DNA of 64,000 nt from a virus (lineage: Duplodnaviria > Caudoviricetes): IMG/VR virus record IMGVR_UViG_3300016649_000355; one strand, written 5' to 3'. Below, one piece after another: positions 9,073 to 17,662 of this stretch; the first letter of the stretch is position 1, and each line of letters starts with the position of its first letter. Below the pieces are notes generated by a model. It saw nothing but the letters and a program-made list of their open reading frames with translations. It did not search any database and had not been told where the DNA came from. Made by a program: the position numbers and the translations under genes.

Positions 9073-12000
9073 TAAACCTGTGAGTACCGTAATATCTTAT
9101 CTTGAATACTATTGCTATCATCTAACTTAGTGATCATGGTGTCTAACTTTTCAGCTAGCATTGAAATCATTTCCATATTAATTGCTTCATTGCGTGAATT
9201 GTCTGTTTCGATTGGTGCGGGAGCCGAGGCCACTGTGGCAGATTCTGCGGGAGTTTCCATAAGTTTCTTTAATAAAGAATTCATTGGTGCAACTAATTCT
9301 TCACCGTGCAGCATTACAGGATAACCTGTATTTGGTCCTTTAAATATCCCACCATCCATTGCCTGAGGCGTTCCGGATTCTTTCATGAATGCCTGTGCTA
9401 GTTGGGCCCTTCGTGCAGTTTCTTCTTGACCCCCTGCATAACCTACAGCTTTACCGACCGCTGCGATATCTGTGAGATCGACACCCCGTTTTTCTTTTTC
9501 TTTAAAATACGCAGCAGCAATTTGTGCTGCAACATCAGGATCATTTGCAAGATCAGGATTTTCTACTAAATCTATACCTAACAGTTTTCCAAACTTTTCG
9601 TAGTTTGCTTTACCGGTTAATTGTATCAATCCGCGGCCGCGATACTTAAATCCTTCATCGGCAGCGTTGCCCATTCTTCCGCCGTATATCAAGTTTCCGA
9701 TAGCTTCAGGTCCTTGCGCAGCTAGTTGTTCAGCTTCTTCTAATGACTGGAATCGTACTTTATTTCCGCCCTTGTTTCCTGCGCCATATAATTCAAAAAG
9801 TTTTTTACCACTATAATTAAGATTTTCCGATCTTGATTTAAATCCGGACTCTGCTTGAACCTGCGCAAGTATGTTTGCTTGAGCAGCACCACCTGTTATA
9901 CCTTGTGCTTTCAGTGCTTCAAATAGTTTTTCTTGTTGTTGTCCTTTAGGTATAGTTAAACCTGTACCTAAAGCACCTTCCATCCCCTTGGTAGCGGTAG
10001 TTGTTTCTGCTTTTAATCCTATACCAGTCGATGGTTTTTCAGGAACTTTAATTCCCATACCATCTGATAATTTTTTAATTGCTTTTGAATATTCATTTGT
10101 AGAAGAGTCAATAATATCTGCAAATCTACTTTCTTTATCTTCTACATTTTCAATTTCTTTATTGACATCTTGAAGTTGTGTGTTGAATTTATTAAAGCTA
10201 ACAAGCACATTTCCCAATACTTTATCTACATCAATAAAACTTTTTGACAAATCAGTTGAAATCTTTAATTCTTTTTCTTTTTCACTTAGTAATTCATGGG
10301 TAAGTTCTTGAATAGATTCGATATGGTCATCTGTTTTTAAGGACTTGATCATTCCGCTCAAATTAGATATTTCTGTTAAAAGTTTTTCATTATTCAATCC
10401 GGTTATATCGACCGGTACTGTTCTGTTTTCTGACAAAGGTATAACTGCTTCAGGACCTGCTTCACCTGCGATAGTAGGACCTTTAGTTATTCCTCCCTTT
10501 GCCATTAATGGCATTTCAGGTAAACCTAAATCTTTGGTATCAAGATTGACAGATTTTTTCATTTTTGCAAGATCATTGCCCGCTAACCCACCTAAACTCT
10601 TTCCTGCCATGCCGCCAAATAATTGACCTCCCATTCCCCCCAATGCTGCTCCTAGTATTCCACCAATCGCAGTTCCTATTATAGGAACAACGGAACCTAT
10701 GGCAGCTCCGGCTGCGGCCCCGGCTAATGCACCTCCGACTCCCCCTGCTGCGCCACCAACCCCCTCACCCACCACTTCAGACTTTTTAACTGTGGCTTCT
10801 TTAGCAGTTATTTTACCTTCTTGTTTTTCTTTTTCTACCTTTTCTAATCCTTCTACTGCATCGCTAGCACTACTAACGACACCTACTAGTGCCCCTACGG
10901 GACCTGCAACCTTGCCCAATATACCTAAAGTTTTTCCTAATGCACCGTCAGCTTTGCCAAACGCGCCCTTAGCTGGTTCAGGTTCCGGCGGTTTAGTAAA
11001 TCTACCTTTATCATCTCTATATCTACCATCTTTACCCTGCGTTACTTTGCCCTTGTCTTTTAATGCGTCCCTTGAGTCACCTTTTATATTTCCACCTAAT
11101 GCACCCACAGCAGCAATTTTACCCAAAGCTATTGCTGCTGCGCCGGCCGCTGCTGCTAATGCACCGGCTGCTGCTGTTGCAAGTCCAAATCCCTTCATTA
11201 ACGGATTAAACTCTTGAACAACTTTGTCTAATCCAATCTGAATAGTGCGTTCTGTTTCTTGTAATGTAGCTCTTATATCTTTTGATGTATCTTGACCTTC
11301 TTCGCCGGCAGCCTTGATTTTTGCGGCAGCAGCATCTCTTGCTCCTTTTTCGTCGATGTCTCTTCTACCTGCCAAAAATTGTAAGAATTCTTTTTCTAGT
11401 CCAAATGCTTCTCTAACTTCTTTACTGAGCATACCGGCCGCACCAACACTATCTACAGTTTCATCTCCGGCTTTTTTCAATGCATTCATGAAATCGCTAG
11501 TGACATCTTCTCCCCTAGCCATTCTTTCCTTGAATTCTTCAAGCGGAATTCCCATTCTTGTTAAGAACGCATTTTGCTCATTGATGGCGCCGGTAGCAAA
11601 GAAGTTTGCGACGGCATCAGTTAATTTTTCACTTCCTGTCTGCGTTTTTACTGTTGCTAATAAATCATTTCTTGCTTTTAATTCATCTTCTAATACTTTG
11701 GCTCTTGCTTTGTCTTCTTCAGTTCCCGATGCCCTTAACCTATTAATTTCACGCTGTTGTATATTTGTTTGAATTAATGTTTCTTCTCTACTCAGTGCTG
11801 CTGCTTGTTCAGCTTTAACTGTATCAACATTTTTACCGGTAATTGCGGCAAGTTCTAATAAGTTATCAGTATATTCTAAACTTGCTTTTCTAAGGGAGCC
11901 GTCTCTTTTCATCTGCTCAGTGATCTGCATACCACTAGCTCTTTGCAATGATACATAATCAGCTTGATTTTGTAACAATTCTTCTTGGCTGACACCTAAA

Positions 12001-12698
12001 CGGCTATATCGCATTCTTTCTTCTTTGCTGATAGTAGCCATTTGAGTAAATGCTTCTGCACCTTTTCCTGCATCAGCACCCAATGATGTTAAGGCAGCGC
12101 CCATAGAGGCTAAAGGTTTCGTCAATAAGTTAAGATTTTTGCTTGTTAGTCCAACTTCATGTGCTAAGGATAAAAAACGATCAGCAGTAAATTGACCTGC
12201 GGCACCGAATTTAGTCATGTCATCTACTGCTTTTAGCGTGTTGTCAGCTTGTTCTAGTCCTGCTTTAGCGACCATGGTAAATGCTTTGACAGCACCGCCC
12301 AATGCCATGCCTAAGATACCAAAATTCTTTCCTAGACTGAACGCTGCATCACCGGCAGAATCTAAAGCACCACCGTATTTTGTGAATCCTTGCGTAGTAC
12401 TGAGTAATGCTTTTCCCAGACCTTTCACACTGTCTGTGGCAGAATTAAGACTTCTGCTGAAATTTGCCATGGCTTCGGCATATTTCTTTTCTTGTTCCGC
12501 TCTGATTTCTTCTGCCTTAGTGACACTGGCGGCACTGGTAGCGACATTTCCTAATCCTGTTGCTGCATTTGTTCCTGCACTCTTTATCGTTGCTCCTGCC
12601 GCACCCGCAGTTTTTGCAAGATTAGGTAATACAGTATTCAACTGTTGAAGATTTTCATTCAACTGTCGTATCAGTTCAGGATCTAAATTATCAGCCAT
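9072..12698 (-). CDS. Tape-measure-like protein with C-terminal GH19 (chitinase/lysozyme-like) peptidoglycan hydrolase domain
   Basis: Ala/Gly-rich helical protein with Gly-zipper segments and a MAKGG...GEAGPEAVIPL motif; GH19 motifs AQVQAESG..ENLNYS and KYRGRGLIQLTGKANY at ~9500-9900. Probable start is ATG 12698 rather than GTG 12710. Confidence 0.8.
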   Translation of the reverse strand: MADNLDPELIRQLNENLQQLNTVLPNLAKTAGAAGATIKSAGTNAATGLGNVATSAASVTKAEEIRAEQEKKYAEAMANFSRSLNSATDSVKGLGKALLSTTQGFTKYGGALDSAGDAAFSLGKNFGILGMALGGAVKAFTMVAKAGLEQADNTLKAVDDMTKFGAAGQFTADRFLSLAHEVGLTSKNLNLLTKPLASMGAALTSLGADAGKGAEAFTQMATISKEERMRYSRLGVSQEELLQNQADYVSLQRASGMQITEQMKRDGSLRKASLEYTDNLLELAAITGKNVDTVKAEQAAALSREETLIQTNIQQREINRLRASGTEEDKARAKVLEDELKARNDLLATVKTQTGSEKLTDAVANFFATGAINEQNAFLTRMGIPLEEFKERMARGEDVTSDFMNALKKAGDETVDSVGAAGMLSKEVREAFGLEKEFLQFLAGRRDIDEKGARDAAAAKIKAAGEEGQDTSKDIRATLQETERTIQIGLDKVVQEFNPLMKGFGLATAAAGALAAAAGAAAIALGKIAAVGALGGNIKGDSRDALKDKGKVTQGKDGRYRDDKGRFTKPPEPEPAKGAFGKADGALGKTLGILGKVAGPVGALVGVVSSASDAVEGLEKVEKEKQEGKITAKEATVKKSEVVGEGVGGAAGGVGGALAGAAAGAAIGSVVPIIGTAIGGILGAALGGMGGQLFGGMAGKSLGGLAGNDLAKMKKSVNLDTKDLGLPEMPLMAKGGITKGPTIAGEAGPEAVIPLSENRTVPVDITGLNNEKLLTEISNLSGMIKSLKTDDHIESIQELTHELLSEKEKELKISTDLSKSFIDVDKVLGNVLVSFNKFNTQLQDVNKEIENVEDKESRFADIIDSSTNEYSKAIKKLSDGMGIKVPEKPSTGIGLKAETTTATKGMEGALGTGLTIPKGQQQEKLFEALKAQGITGGAAQANILAQVQAESGFKSRSENLNYSGKKLFELYGAGNKGGNKVRFQSLEEAEQLAAQGPEAIGNLIYGGRMGNAADEGFKYRGRGLIQLTGKANYEKFGKLLGIDLVENPDLANDPDVAAQIAAAYFKEKEKRGVDLTDIAAVGKAVGYAGGQEETARRAQLAQAFMKESGTPQAMDGGIFKGPNTGYPVMLHGEELVAPMNSLLKKLMETPAESATVASAPAPIETDNSRNEAINMEMISMLAEKLDTMITKLDDSNSIQDKILRYSQV

Positions 12699-12708
12699 TT
12701 TTTTACCC

Positions 12709-12730
12709 ACTAAATATTATTATATTTAGT
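12709..12730. promoter_or_regulatory. Palindromic pair of divergent late promoters (ACTAAATAT-tatt-ATATTTAGT)
   Basis: Perfect 9-bp inverted repeat, each arm an ACTAAATA box, between divergent genes. Confidence 0.75.
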
Positions 12731-12765
12731 ATTGGTATAATAGCCATTTTAACAAAGGAACACAA

Positions 12766-13596
12766 ATGTCAATAGCTCACAATCCATTAAAACAATATTT
12801 CCGTAGACCTTCAGTTTATTTTAAATTACCTAGCGGAGGAAAAGGGTATAAATCAGGGGTAGTCAACATCCCTGAATCAGGGGAACTTCCTGTTTATCCA
12901 ATGACAGCGATTGATGAGATTACTACTAAAACTCCTGACGCATTGTTTAATGGTACTGCAATGGTAGATATTATTAAAAGTTGTGTCCCTGATATCAAAG
13001 ATCCCTGGGCCATTACCTCAGTAGATTTAGATGCAGTATTAATCGCTATCAGGGCAGCAGGTGGCGGTTCGGATCTAGAGATCGAATCAGAATGTCCGTC
13101 ATGTAAAGAAGTTTCAAGTTATGGTGTAAATCTGTCTGCAATGTTAGCAAACATGAAAGCAGGAGATTATGATAAAGATTTAAATATTCATGACCTCAGT
13201 ATTAAGTTTAGACCATTAACTTATAAAGAACTCAATCAAGCAGGACTTGCTCAATTTGAGATACAAAGAGTATTTTCCGGTATCGAAAGGATTGAGGATG
13301 AAGAAGAGCGAAACAAAAAAACACAAGACGCACTAAAATCAATCACATTACTTACCATGCAAGTCCTAGCACAAGCGGTTGAAGTGATCAGGACCCCAGG
13401 AACAGAAGTCACTGAACAAGAATTTATTGTCGATTTCCTACAAAATTGCGATAAAAATACATACATCGCTATCAGAGACTTTCATTCTAAACTTAAAGAA
13501 CAAACTGAATTAAAACCATTGCGCATCAAATGCGTAAGCTGCACACATGAGTATGATCAACCATTTACATTGAACCCAAGCGATTTTTTCGGTTAA
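12766..13596 (+). CDS. Baseplate hub / tape-measure assembly chaperone (T4 gp26-like)
   Basis: NPLKQYFRRP..LPSGG, VYPMTAIDE, DLDAVLIAIRAA motifs; CPSC and CVSC Zn ligands; AAAGGA SD; divergent from tape measure. Confidence 0.8.
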   Translation: MSIAHNPLKQYFRRPSVYFKLPSGGKGYKSGVVNIPESGELPVYPMTAIDEITTKTPDALFNGTAMVDIIKSCVPDIKDPWAITSVDLDAVLIAIRAAGGGSDLEIESECPSCKEVSSYGVNLSAMLANMKAGDYDKDLNIHDLSIKFRPLTYKELNQAGLAQFEIQRVFSGIERIEDEEERNKKTQDALKSITLLTMQVLAQAVEVIRTPGTEVTEQEFIVDFLQNCDKNTYIAIRDFHSKLKEQTELKPLRIKCVSCTHEYDQPFTLNPSDFFG

Positions 13597-13632
13597 GGCT
13601 TCTGTATTCCAATTATGAGGAACTACAGAAGC
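13584..13632 (+). promoter_or_regulatory. Candidate -1 programmed ribosomal frameshift signal: slippery heptamer T_TTT_TTC plus stimulatory hairpin
   Basis: Heptamer 13584-13590 in correct phase two codons before the stop; 7-nt spacer; stem GCTTCTGTA-TTCC / GGAA-c-TACAGAAGC (13598-13632). Confidence 0.75.
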
Positions 13633-13820
13633 TCATAGAAACCTATGAAAAAGATGTAAACAATATCAAAAAGAATTGTTTATCTCTAAGTTGGTATATG
13701 CGTGGCGGTGCTTCGTATGAAGATGTTCTGAATATGTCTTCATCCGAAAGAAATCTAATCGGCGAAATAGTAGATAGCAACTTAGAAGTCACCAAGAAAA
13801 GTCAATTGCCTTTCTTTTAA
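13590..13820 (+). CDS. gp51-like chaperone segment in the -1 frame (76 aa, RLRLLYSNYEELQKLIE...WYMRGGASYEDVLNMSSSER...KSQLPFF)
   Basis: Not in the ORF track. Frame is open from 13557 to 13820; first ATG is at 13698 with no SD, which would give only 40 aa. Confidence 0.7.
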   Translation, partial: RLRLLYSNYEELQKLIETYEKDVNNIKKNCLSLSWYMRGGASYEDVLNMSSSERNLIGEIVDSNLEVTKKSQLPFF

Positions 13821-13878
13821 AGTTGTCTTTCAGACAACTAATACCATCGCTCGTAAACTCGCTCGGTATTTCTTTTTT
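13821..13878. other. Twin hairpins at the convergence of two operons (possible terminator or ssDNA/RNA structure)
   Basis: AGTTGTC-tttca-GACAACT, then AATACC...GGTATT followed by TCTTTTTT on the plus strand; the second hairpin holds two GAGCGA copies on the minus strand. Confidence 0.55.
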
Positions 13879-14247
13879 ATTAAATCAATAGAACTTATTG
13901 CCGCTCAGAAGCCATGGTAGTGCTATTCAGCACTACCAATGGAAATTGCCATGCCCTTCTTCCATAGCTGCTTATACCCGTGATATCGCCTCTGTATGAC
14001 ATATCACGCTACCGGTTGCCCTTTAAAGTTTATGGTCTGTAGTGAAGCTATCACGATAAATTGTGACTCTTCGGCAACGCACATCCCGCGACATCAAAGC
14101 AGAGTATTCACGGGCTTGTCGAGGGTTCGCTTTGTCGATTGCCCTCTCGGTATTCCAAGGATAGGAATGTATCCTTGCTTTACTCCAGATCCGTCGGCAC
14201 AGCACTACCTGTACTTCCTCAAGGAGGTCTGACAACTCAGACAACAA
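13821..14247 (-). ncRNA. Putative large structured non-coding RNA or structured DNA element (~430 nt), family not recognised
   Basis: At least 8 clean stems; GC 47-53% in the two 60-nt lines counted, against AT-rich flanks; no credible ORF. Strand inferred from the upstream resolvase transcript and G-A pairing. Confidence 0.6.
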
Positions 14248-14250
14248 ATT

Positions 14251-14814
14251 TTATAGTACTACTGGGGTAGTTGTGATTTCTAATGGACTTGACTTGGTGT
14301 CGTTTGAGCCAGTGCAGTATACTTTAAATAATTCAGTATTGTGTTTGAAAAAATGATCGAAATCTATGATGAGCCAGTCTTTGTGACAGTTTGATGTGTA
14401 ATATAAAAATTGGTCCGTTACCCAGGTTCTATTGCTAGGTACAATTACGAATTTACCTTTTCTAGTGATCTTTAAAAATAGTATATTTAGATCACTTGAT
14501 TCGGCAACTGTCATCAATTGATCTAACCATGATTCTAAAACTTTGCAATCTCCGGACAATACAAGATTAAAGGGAAATTCTTTGTAATTTTTACATTCTG
14601 CGTTAAGGTGTTTGAATGACTCTCCTGGAACAATATCACCCTTGAAAGTGCGAATCTGCCCTTCGTGCAAAGTATTTTTTCTAGACTGATTTTTTCCGCC
14701 TATATAGGCACCAGAGCCCGGTGCCCGTATAAAACTTTCATTATAAGTCTCTGAAAGAAATTTTGCTACTTCTCTTTCGAAACTTGAACCCTTTGTTTTT
14801 TGTGGAGATGTCAT
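14251..14814 (-). CDS. Hjc-type PD-(D/E)xK Holliday junction resolvase
   Basis: KGSSFEREVAKFL, SGAYIGG, GDIVP, AECKNY motifs. Confidence 0.8.
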   Translation of the reverse strand: MTSPQKTKGSSFEREVAKFLSETYNESFIRAPGSGAYIGGKNQSRKNTLHEGQIRTFKGDIVPGESFKHLNAECKNYKEFPFNLVLSGDCKVLESWLDQLMTVAESSDLNILFLKITRKGKFVIVPSNRTWVTDQFLYYTSNCHKDWLIIDFDHFFKHNTELFKVYCTGSNDTKSSPLEITTTPVVL

Positions 14815-14819
14815 GTCTT

Positions 14820-14827
14820 TACTTATT
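14820..14827 (-). promoter_or_regulatory. Variant late promoter box (AATAAGTA), 5 nt before the resolvase ATG
   Basis: One mismatch to the TAAATA core; same 5-nt spacing as the other boxes. Confidence 0.45.
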
Positions 14828-14848
14828 ATTACAAAAATAATATGAAAA

Positions 14849-16603
14849 TTATTCTACATCTACCGAAGTATTGTATGAGGTAAAACCATTCTCTTTGATA
14901 ACTTTTAATACGCTAGGAACACGCCCCGCTAGTTCTTCACGGTGAGAGACTAGCCAAATGCTCTTGCTACGGCGCCTCGACATCTCTTTCAAAATAGCAA
15001 TACTATTTTCAACACCCATTGTATCTAATCCGCTGTCAATCAATTCATCAATGAATAATGTATTGATCGGGCTATATAGACTTTCCCATACATCACGGAA
15101 AGCAAAACTCAATCCTAGTATCAATCTGTTCCTCTCGCCCCTGCTAAGGTTGTCAAAATCAAGTTCACGCCCTAATTCAGTGATCTCCACAGATAGATCG
15201 TTCAAGAATATAACTTGGTGTGGCAAACCAATCTTATCTAGATAATGCGTCAGCCTAGCATTCAGATAACTTAGATTTTGATCAATGATCTTTTTACGGA
15301 CAAAACTATCTTTGCTAGTCAATAGATCAAGCAAGAACTTTTGGTGATCTAATACTTTTGTCAACACATTGATAGATTCAAAATCGATAACTTGCAATGC
15401 CTGATTCTCCATCTCAGTGATCTGTTCACCGTATGGGTCAACCTCACCGGTCTTATTTTCCATTTGCTTGATAAGATTTTCTAGTTGGCTACTATGCTTA
15501 ACCGCTTCTGCTTCTGTCTTATAATGTGTGACAGGTTCTGAACCAACAGTTACAGGATTACTTACCAATCCATCTAGTTGAAACTTATAGTCAGCCAATA
15601 AACTCTCGCTCTCAGCTAATTGCTTATTTTTGCTTTCGAGAACGGAGGCATGTGCGTGATCATGGAACTCTTGCCCACAAGCATAGCACTTATGATCTTT
15701 TAATTTTTCTACTTCTGCTATTAGTTTTTGATAGTTCTTATCTTCTTTCGTGATATCTTTCCTCAAACTATCTACTTTATTATCGTATTCCGTCTTCAAC
15801 CTAGACTGAGCATTATACATGATCAAATCTTTATGAGCCTGTAATTCTTTTGCGATATCAATCTGGCTCAATCTTGTATAGTCAACTGCTAGTTTTTCAA
15901 GATCCTCGTCATGCTTCATTTGCCATAACTTTTGTCTACGCTTTAAGCTTTCGATCTGTTCCTGCACCCTCTTGTTAGCTTCTTCAACGGCTTTTACCTT
16001 GAACTCTTCAAGTTGAATCTGGTCTTTTGTCTCTTTCATCAATAATTTGACTGCATCAGCCTTCTCAGAAAGCAATGTGATACCCAACAATTGCTCAATG
16101 ATATCTCTTTGCTCATTAGATTTCAATGCTAAGAAGGGTTCGCTATATGTGTTCAACGCAACGATATGCCTGAACATGTCAAGTTTCATACTGATCACTC
16201 GCTCAATCTGAGCCTGTGTCTCTTTATTCTCACCTTGTGCATCATCTTGAACTTTTTGTAGGTCGTCGTTGACATAGAATCTCAACACATTGGGCTTGCG
16301 ACCACGCTCAATCTTGTATTCGATACCGTTCACATTAAATTCGAGGGTCACCATCATGCCCTTACCATTTGTGCGGTTAACTAAATTATCTTTTCTGATA
16401 TTGTTGATTGGGTTACCAAACAATGCATAACACAAACCCTGAATCAATGTGGTCTTACCTGTACCATTTCTAGCACCGTCGCCACCTAGATCAAGATTTT
16501 CGCCTAAGATCAATGTAAGATCCTTGCGATCAAAGTCAACTGCTTGTGTTACTGCCCCGATGCTTAAAAAATTTCGTAATGTGATGTTTTTAAGGATTAT
16601 CAT
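14849..16603 (-). CDS. gp46: Recombination endonuclease ATPase subunit (T4 gp46 / Rad50-SbcC family)
   Basis: Walker A GARNGTGKT, coiled coil with Zn-hook CYAC, signature LSRGE, Walker B LFIDE, H-loop SH. Confidence 0.93.
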   Translation of the reverse strand: MIILKNITLRNFLSIGAVTQAVDFDRKDLTLILGENLDLGGDGARNGTGKTTLIQGLCYALFGNPINNIRKDNLVNRTNGKGMMVTLEFNVNGIEYKIERGRKPNVLRFYVNDDLQKVQDDAQGENKETQAQIERVISMKLDMFRHIVALNTYSEPFLALKSNEQRDIIEQLLGITLLSEKADAVKLLMKETKDQIQLEEFKVKAVEEANKRVQEQIESLKRRQKLWQMKHDEDLEKLAVDYTRLSQIDIAKELQAHKDLIMYNAQSRLKTEYDNKVDSLRKDITKEDKNYQKLIAEVEKLKDHKCYACGQEFHDHAHASVLESKNKQLAESESLLADYKFQLDGLVSNPVTVGSEPVTHYKTEAEAVKHSSQLENLIKQMENKTGEVDPYGEQITEMENQALQVIDFESINVLTKVLDHQKFLLDLLTSKDSFVRKKIIDQNLSYLNARLTHYLDKIGLPHQVIFLNDLSVEITELGRELDFDNLSRGERNRLILGLSFAFRDVWESLYSPINTLFIDELIDSGLDTMGVENSIAILKEMSRRRSKSIWLVSHREELAGRVPSVLKVIKENGFTSYNTSVDVE

Positions 16604-17616
16604 AGATTTCTATAGATGTCCAACAATAATTTTGGATCATAAAACTTGCTCTCAATGTTCTTAATTTGATCTAGTATTATCTGATCAACTGACTCAAATT
16701 TCAACTCGCTTGGGGCAAGATCCATTGCATGCTGTTCGTTCTTCATTGGGATCAATGCCATCTCACGCAATTCATGCTTTGGGATCAGTGTTTCCCGGAT
16801 ATAGTTTGCTTCTTCATAACTGATGTCAATGTCTAAATGTACCCTAACATGACTATCTTTGACTAGATATCCATCAGGATTTTCTAACACTTCGCTTAAT
16901 TTATAGACACGGAATAACGGTTGATTGGGCCAGCTATGAAATACGGGATCTTTATCCCATTCTAATATCATCATTCCCCGTTGATCATCACCCGCATCCG
17001 CATAATTGTGCGGGAAAGCGTTTCCGATATACCAGACATTCTTCCTGCATTGGCGTTTATGAAAATGCCCACTGAATACCTGATCAAAGCCTGACAACTG
17101 ATCAGCGTTGAGTTCTCCGTGATCTGGCATCTCAACCATTGCGTTCATATAAAAGTGTGGAAGTTCTAGGTGAGCAAATAGATATTTTCCACCCATCTTT
17201 TGTAATTTTTTATAATCATCCTGCACTAACCAGGGAGCGATCACAACATCCCCGTCACGCAACCAGTCATTGACAATGACAACATTTGGTAGATGTTTAG
17301 CCCATTCAACACTATGAATATCACGGCGATCCCTGTAATATAGATCGTGATTGCCCGGAATAAAATATACCCGTTCAAAGTTATCATTTAATTTTTCTAG
17401 TGCATTCAATCCAAATTGTAATGTATGAATATTGATGCTTGCCCTGTGATGATTGTAATCACCTAAGAACAAACATGTTTCACACCCCTCACTTTTAGCT
17501 TTTGATATGAACCAATCTACAAAATTAGCACAATCATTGTTATGAACTAGAGAATTAGACTTCAATCCAAAGTGTATATCCGTAAATACTGCTGCTTTTT
17601 TAAAAAGTTTACTCAT
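16600..17616 (-). CDS. gp47: Recombination endonuclease nuclease subunit (T4 gp47 / Mre11-SbcD family)
   Basis: Phosphoesterase motifs DIHFG, GD, GNHD, GHFH; 4-nt overlap with gp46. Confidence 0.93.
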   Translation of the reverse strand: MSKLFKKAAVFTDIHFGLKSNSLVHNNDCANFVDWFISKAKSEGCETCLFLGDYNHHRASINIHTLQFGLNALEKLNDNFERVYFIPGNHDLYYRDRRDIHSVEWAKHLPNVVIVNDWLRDGDVVIAPWLVQDDYKKLQKMGGKYLFAHLELPHFYMNAMVEMPDHGELNADQLSGFDQVFSGHFHKRQCRKNVWYIGNAFPHNYADAGDDQRGMMILEWDKDPVFHSWPNQPLFRVYKLSEVLENPDGYLVKDSHVRVHLDIDISYEEANYIRETLIPKHELREMALIPMKNEQHAMDLAPSELKFESVDQIILDQIKNIESKFYDPKLLLDIYRNL

Positions 17617-17623
17617 CTAGGTT

Positions 17624-17653
17624 ATGTTACACGCTTTCTATATTGATGTTCAA
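17624..17653 (-). promoter_or_regulatory. Possible sigma70-type promoter for gp47-gp46 (TTGAAC-18-TAACAT)
   Basis: Near-consensus hexamers; -10 lies 7 nt before the ATG; no SD seen. Confidence 0.35.
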
Positions 17654-17662
17654 CATTTTTGG

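Noticed and set aside
13900-14225. Resemblance of the element to RNase P RNA (GAGGAAGTAC near the 5' end, CCATGGCTT near the 3' end) or to a group I intron
   Set aside because: The two segments do not form the required P4 helix; no convincing P7 pair and no interrupted gene. Also no tRNA-like or tmRNA ends. A covariance search is still advisable.
13996-14247. ORFs 13996-14232 (+) and 14023-14247 (-) over the structured element
   Set aside because: No SD, atypical composition, mutually overlapping; dense stems explain the region better.
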